Shown here piece by piece: positions 60,901-64,000 of a stretch of DNA of 64,000 bases. A program made the translations under genes and the position numbers. Position 1 is the stretch's first letter. Each line of letters begins with the position of its first letter. The DNA is taken from positions 434,001 to 498,000 of the forward strand of contig NMRA01000132.1 of assembly GCA_002633005.1 (NCBI GenBank), given 5' to 3'. This stretch comes from Phoronis australis (Eukaryota; Animalia; Phoronida). The notes beneath the pieces are model-generated. The model had not been told where the DNA came from. It made no database searches and saw nothing but the letters and a program-made list of their open reading frames with translations.

Positions 60901-63666
60901 ATTTGGCACCACGCTAACAGGAAATAAACAGTCAGAAGTCGGGATTGTTTGGCAAAAATCGGGCAAGATCGGTGATATTCCAGCCAATGCGCTTATCTGT
61001 GTGCTATCATTGTTCGTTCGACGACGGGTGGAATAGGTTAGAGAATGAAAGTGCACCATGTAGGCATTCACAGAGGAAATTGGAGGAGCGCAAGAGAATG
61101 AGGCATTCCGGCGTCCGATCTTTTACTCCGGATCGGAAACATCACAGTTCATTTTGGCACCTGCGATTTTCCCGTTTTGGCGACCTTAGACTTCGTTTGG
61201 CGACCTGGGATTGTCACCAGGTCGCCAAATGAGACTTGGCGTTCAGCTTATCGTCAAGCGCTGAGTGGGTATACTATGATGTTTTCGGGGGTTCCTTTGA
61301 GAAAAAGAGTAGCATTTTCCTAGCGCTGTAAAGATAGCTGTGTGTTAATAAGAAAAATGTGGCAGTATGTGGTTTATGGTTGTGACGTGTTAGGTATCAG
61401 TAATCGATGCACGCCCATGCTTTGTAAGATTCTCGTTAGTAGTTCGATTCTCGTTGTAGTCCTTTAGGACATGAAATAGTCTGGGAGTCGTTCATACAAG
61501 CGTCAACCATGCCTGCCATTGTCCAGATTTCACTGCCGTCAATCCAACTTAACAGTCTTCATTCTTCATTTTTAAGGGTAGATAACTACAAGGTTGATAT
61601 GAAGACTAATCCGGATCCAATATACAGTAACGGACTTTCTGACTTCGGCAAGGTTGGTGCAGTTGATCCTACGTCTTTTGAAAAATTTAGCACTGCTTGG
61701 GCTTACGTATTTCAAATTGGATTCCATTGCTTTTTTCTTAGTTTTAATGCACGTCCCAAAGAACGACGTGTATTAGTAGGTCACGTTATCACGTCATCAA
61801 AAGTAGGAAAGGGCCAAAGTCTGTGTGTTTTCTTTAGTTTGAAGTGTTTGCCAAATGTCACTAATGAAAAAGATTAAGAATAAACTTCCTGCAGGTGCTT
61901 CGCAAATGGATCCCTAACAACATCAGAAAATAGTGAGTCAGTTGTTGACTTCATTTGGTTTATCTTGTTATCATAGAAAGTAGTCCTCGAGATGAACAGA
62001 CTGGGCATGCTCGTTGACATATCACACGTATCTAAGAAGACCATGCTTGACTCATTAGAAACCACTAAAGCTCCGGTAATCTTCAGTCACACATCGGCGT
62101 TTGCTATATGTAATCATCACCGTAATGCTGACGACGATATATTACGGAAAACGGTAAGTAAACAGACGAACAGCAAGCAAAACACATTGTCTTGTAGAGC
62201 AATTGTGCGCATCAACCCCTTAAAGGCATAATGAGGTTTCACGTAACGACGTCAGAGGGCCCCTCCTTGTAAAACTCAAAAGATTGTAATAAAGGGTGGG
62301 GCGAGGTCGCACATAGGCAATTTCAAAGCGAGAATTTGATGCCCTTCAGGTAATCATCTGGAACACCTCAGCTACTTACAAATTTTAAGTTACGTAACTA
62401 CCCGAGATGTTCCGGACCGGATGCTTATGTTATGACAAAAAGCTTGCCATTTTAGGACTGTTGAGGACGTTTGCTCTTTGGAAATTATAGCCGAGTTCCA
62501 TCTCGTAAAATCCTAGATCTGTCAATGCTGCAATGTGTGTTTAAAACAAGCGACTCCTCATATGTGCTTTTGCAGAAAGAAAATGGTGGAGTAGTTATGG
62601 TGAATTTCATCGACGTCTACATAAACTGTTACCCTAACAACCAAACAACAGCTAATCTGTCACAGGTAGCAGGTGTGTACCAAAGGACATTCTTTGTTGA
62701 GTTATTTTAAGGACTATATCATTAGATAAATCATTACCAAACTTAAACGTCTATAATGTCACCACACGTCATGTTCAGATGGGCGCAGAGATTTGTGCTT
62801 CAATTCTTCTACATAATTCCAGCGCGAAGGATGGCAATTCTGTGTATACTGAAGAAATTTCATTACCTTTCTCCCATTGCACTTGTCAATGATGTTGTAA
62901 AAGTTGGTTAAGACAAACGCTTTTTTGAAAAAACGAGGCTTGCACGGCGATCCGTAATTGTTATTGACCTGTGTGTGACCATTGCTGACATGATTTGATC
63001 ATCTTTAAGTTTCTCAATGATCTCTTGCAACCTCCCATAGAGACATTATTCATGAAAGGGACAGTGACATGATGATATAAGTATAACAAAATGTTTGTTG
63101 TTGACTGTGTAAAACCTTGTTTCAAAGCCGAACTTTGAAAGAACTTCAGCTGTTGCTCTCTGTCAGGGGTCGCTGTTTCGCAACTCTCAGGTCTGCTTTA
63201 CGTTGAGACATTTGGGTGTAGGAAACAGGGACAGTGAGGTGAGCTCCGACAGTCATGAACTTGGGGGAACAGGCAGTGCATTCTCACTAAAGCGACCAGA
63301 AAAATATACTTAATGACGACCGGGAGGCTGCGAAACCCGGCGGCGAAACTGGTATCGGGCAGGACAAGACAAGCGATGACCGTGGGGAGGAAGAAACTGG
63401 CGTCGACCGGGGTTGCGCTCATGTTTTCTTTGCATCTGTCTAAAGAATTTCCAACGTTTAGGCCCACTTGATCTTTTTGCAAGGTGTCTGGCGGCACCTC
63501 GCCGCCTCTCCTCTATGGCACCCCTCTATACAACATTGACCATTATCATGAAGTGACTGAGAAATGTCATAGCTCTTCTGCTTTTTCTAGACCACATTGA
63601 TCATATTAAAACCGTTGCTGGTGCTGAAACCGTGGGTATTGGAGCAGATTATTTCGGTGGATTAGC
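54781..63666 (+). CDS. DPEP1: Membrane dipeptidase (M19, DPEP1-like), paralog C: coding exons 1-8, 3' end beyond the window
   Basis: join(54781-54968,56817-56958,58381-58513,60580-60730,61577-61652,61977-62153,62576-62672,63591-63666). Exon lengths (188,142,133,151,76,177,97,76) match A/B, splice sites are GT-AG, and all Zn-ligand motifs are intact. Confidence 0.94.
55500..55830 (-). mobile_element. Heavily decayed CR1-group LINE ORF2 tail (tentative)
   Basis: Minus-strand fragments [16 protein letters not shown] and [21 protein letters not shown] resemble the post-RT region of CR1/L2-group elements; stops and frameshifts are present. Confidence 0.35.
56817..56958 (+). CDS. DPEP1: DPEP-like C exon 2
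   Basis: ttttag|[16 protein letters not shown]...[16 protein letters not shown]|gtaaga. Confidence 0.93.
57813..58009. repeat. Near-perfect ~68-bp inverted repeat with ~60-bp spacer (hairpin MITE) in C intron 2
   Basis: Arms 57813-57880 and 57940-58009 are reverse complements with ~5 differences; TTAA at both outer ends. Confidence 0.9.
58381..58513 (+). CDS. DPEP1: DPEP-like C exon 3
   Basis: caacag|[17 protein letters not shown]...FVTTADG|gtaatt. Confidence 0.93.
60580..60730 (+). CDS. DPEP1: DPEP-like C exon 4
   Basis: ttttag|[23 protein letters not shown]...THNCNTPW|gtaggt. Confidence 0.94.
61577..61652 (+). CDS. DPEP1: DPEP-like C exon 5
   Basis: tttaag|[26 protein letters not shown]|gttggt. 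Confidence 0.91.
61977..62153 (+). CDS. DPEP1: DPEP-like C exon 6
   Basis: tcatag|[22 protein letters not shown]...[27 protein letters not shown]|gtaagt. Confidence 0.94.
62576..62672 (+). CDS. DPEP1: DPEP-like C exon 7
   Basis: ttgcag|[33 protein letters not shown]|gtgtgt. Confidence 0.92.
63591..63666 (+). CDS. DPEP1: DPEP-like C exon 8
   Basis: ttctag|(D)[24 protein letters not shown](A)|gtaagt. Confidence 0.92.
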
Positions 63667-64000
63667 GTAAGTAGGTTTACTCGATATTTACAAGAAGAAA
63701 CAAGAAGACTTTTCATACACAGAGTGATCGTGCGTGCACTTTATTCACACGCTTTCGTTCTCTTTTCCGTCTACTTCACAGCTGCTGACTTTTTGCGATT
63801 GTATGTGGGATAGCTGTCATTCAAGCAACCTTTTGGCTTGAGATGTGCTAGGTGCACGTTCTCTGTTTTCATTGGTTGGCTTCATGTGACGTCGTCATGT
63901 ATCCGCTACGACTGGTTTTTCCTCCCTTCTAACTGTTTTAGTGAATTGCGTAACGTAGAAGCACTTTTTTGGAAGTTTTAATGACTGGTAGACAATACAT

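Noticed and set aside
61176-61263. GGCGACC subterminal repeats resembling an hAT right end
   Set aside because: No matching left end or TSD could be identified.
1-64000. Prokaryotic or viral operon-type system
   Set aside because: Spliceosomal introns, very low coding density and eukaryotic transposon relics; the remaining short ORFs in the track look like background.

Overview
Eukaryotic, repeat-rich, AT-rich genomic DNA, probably from a bilaterian invertebrate (inference; the taxon cannot be fixed from this window). The + strand from ~23 kb onward holds a tandem cluster of spliced membrane dipeptidase genes (peptidase family M19, renal dipeptidase/DPEP1-like). Block A has coding exons 1-6 (23340-32963), block B has exons 2-10 with the stop codon (34916-48117), and paralog C has exons 1-8 and runs off the window (54781-63666+). 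All 23 exons are open, phase-matched and GT-AG. The most notable observation is that A and B may be a single gene carrying two diverged, selectively maintained copies of the catalytic exon block 2-6, with only one exon 1 and one set of exons 7-10 visible; a 1-N gap at 34351 leaves this unproven. The predicted proteins have an N-terminal signal-anchor, and B ends with no GPI tail. The paralogs show patchwork (gene-conversion-like) similarity and differ at substrate-pocket residues. Introns and intergenic DNA carry many non-autonomous elements: Helentron/DINE-like arrays whose ~147-bp monomers each carry a CTCF-like motif, an intact P-like MITE (32-bp TIR, 8-bp TSD), a THAP-domain ORF cut by the gap, nested 5-bp-TSD elements, a truncated Penelope-like element with a hammerhead-like motif, and tRNA-derived fragments. 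A weak CUB-domain-like exon pair lies on the - strand at 7.1-8.7 kb. All alignments were done by eye; no database searches were run.
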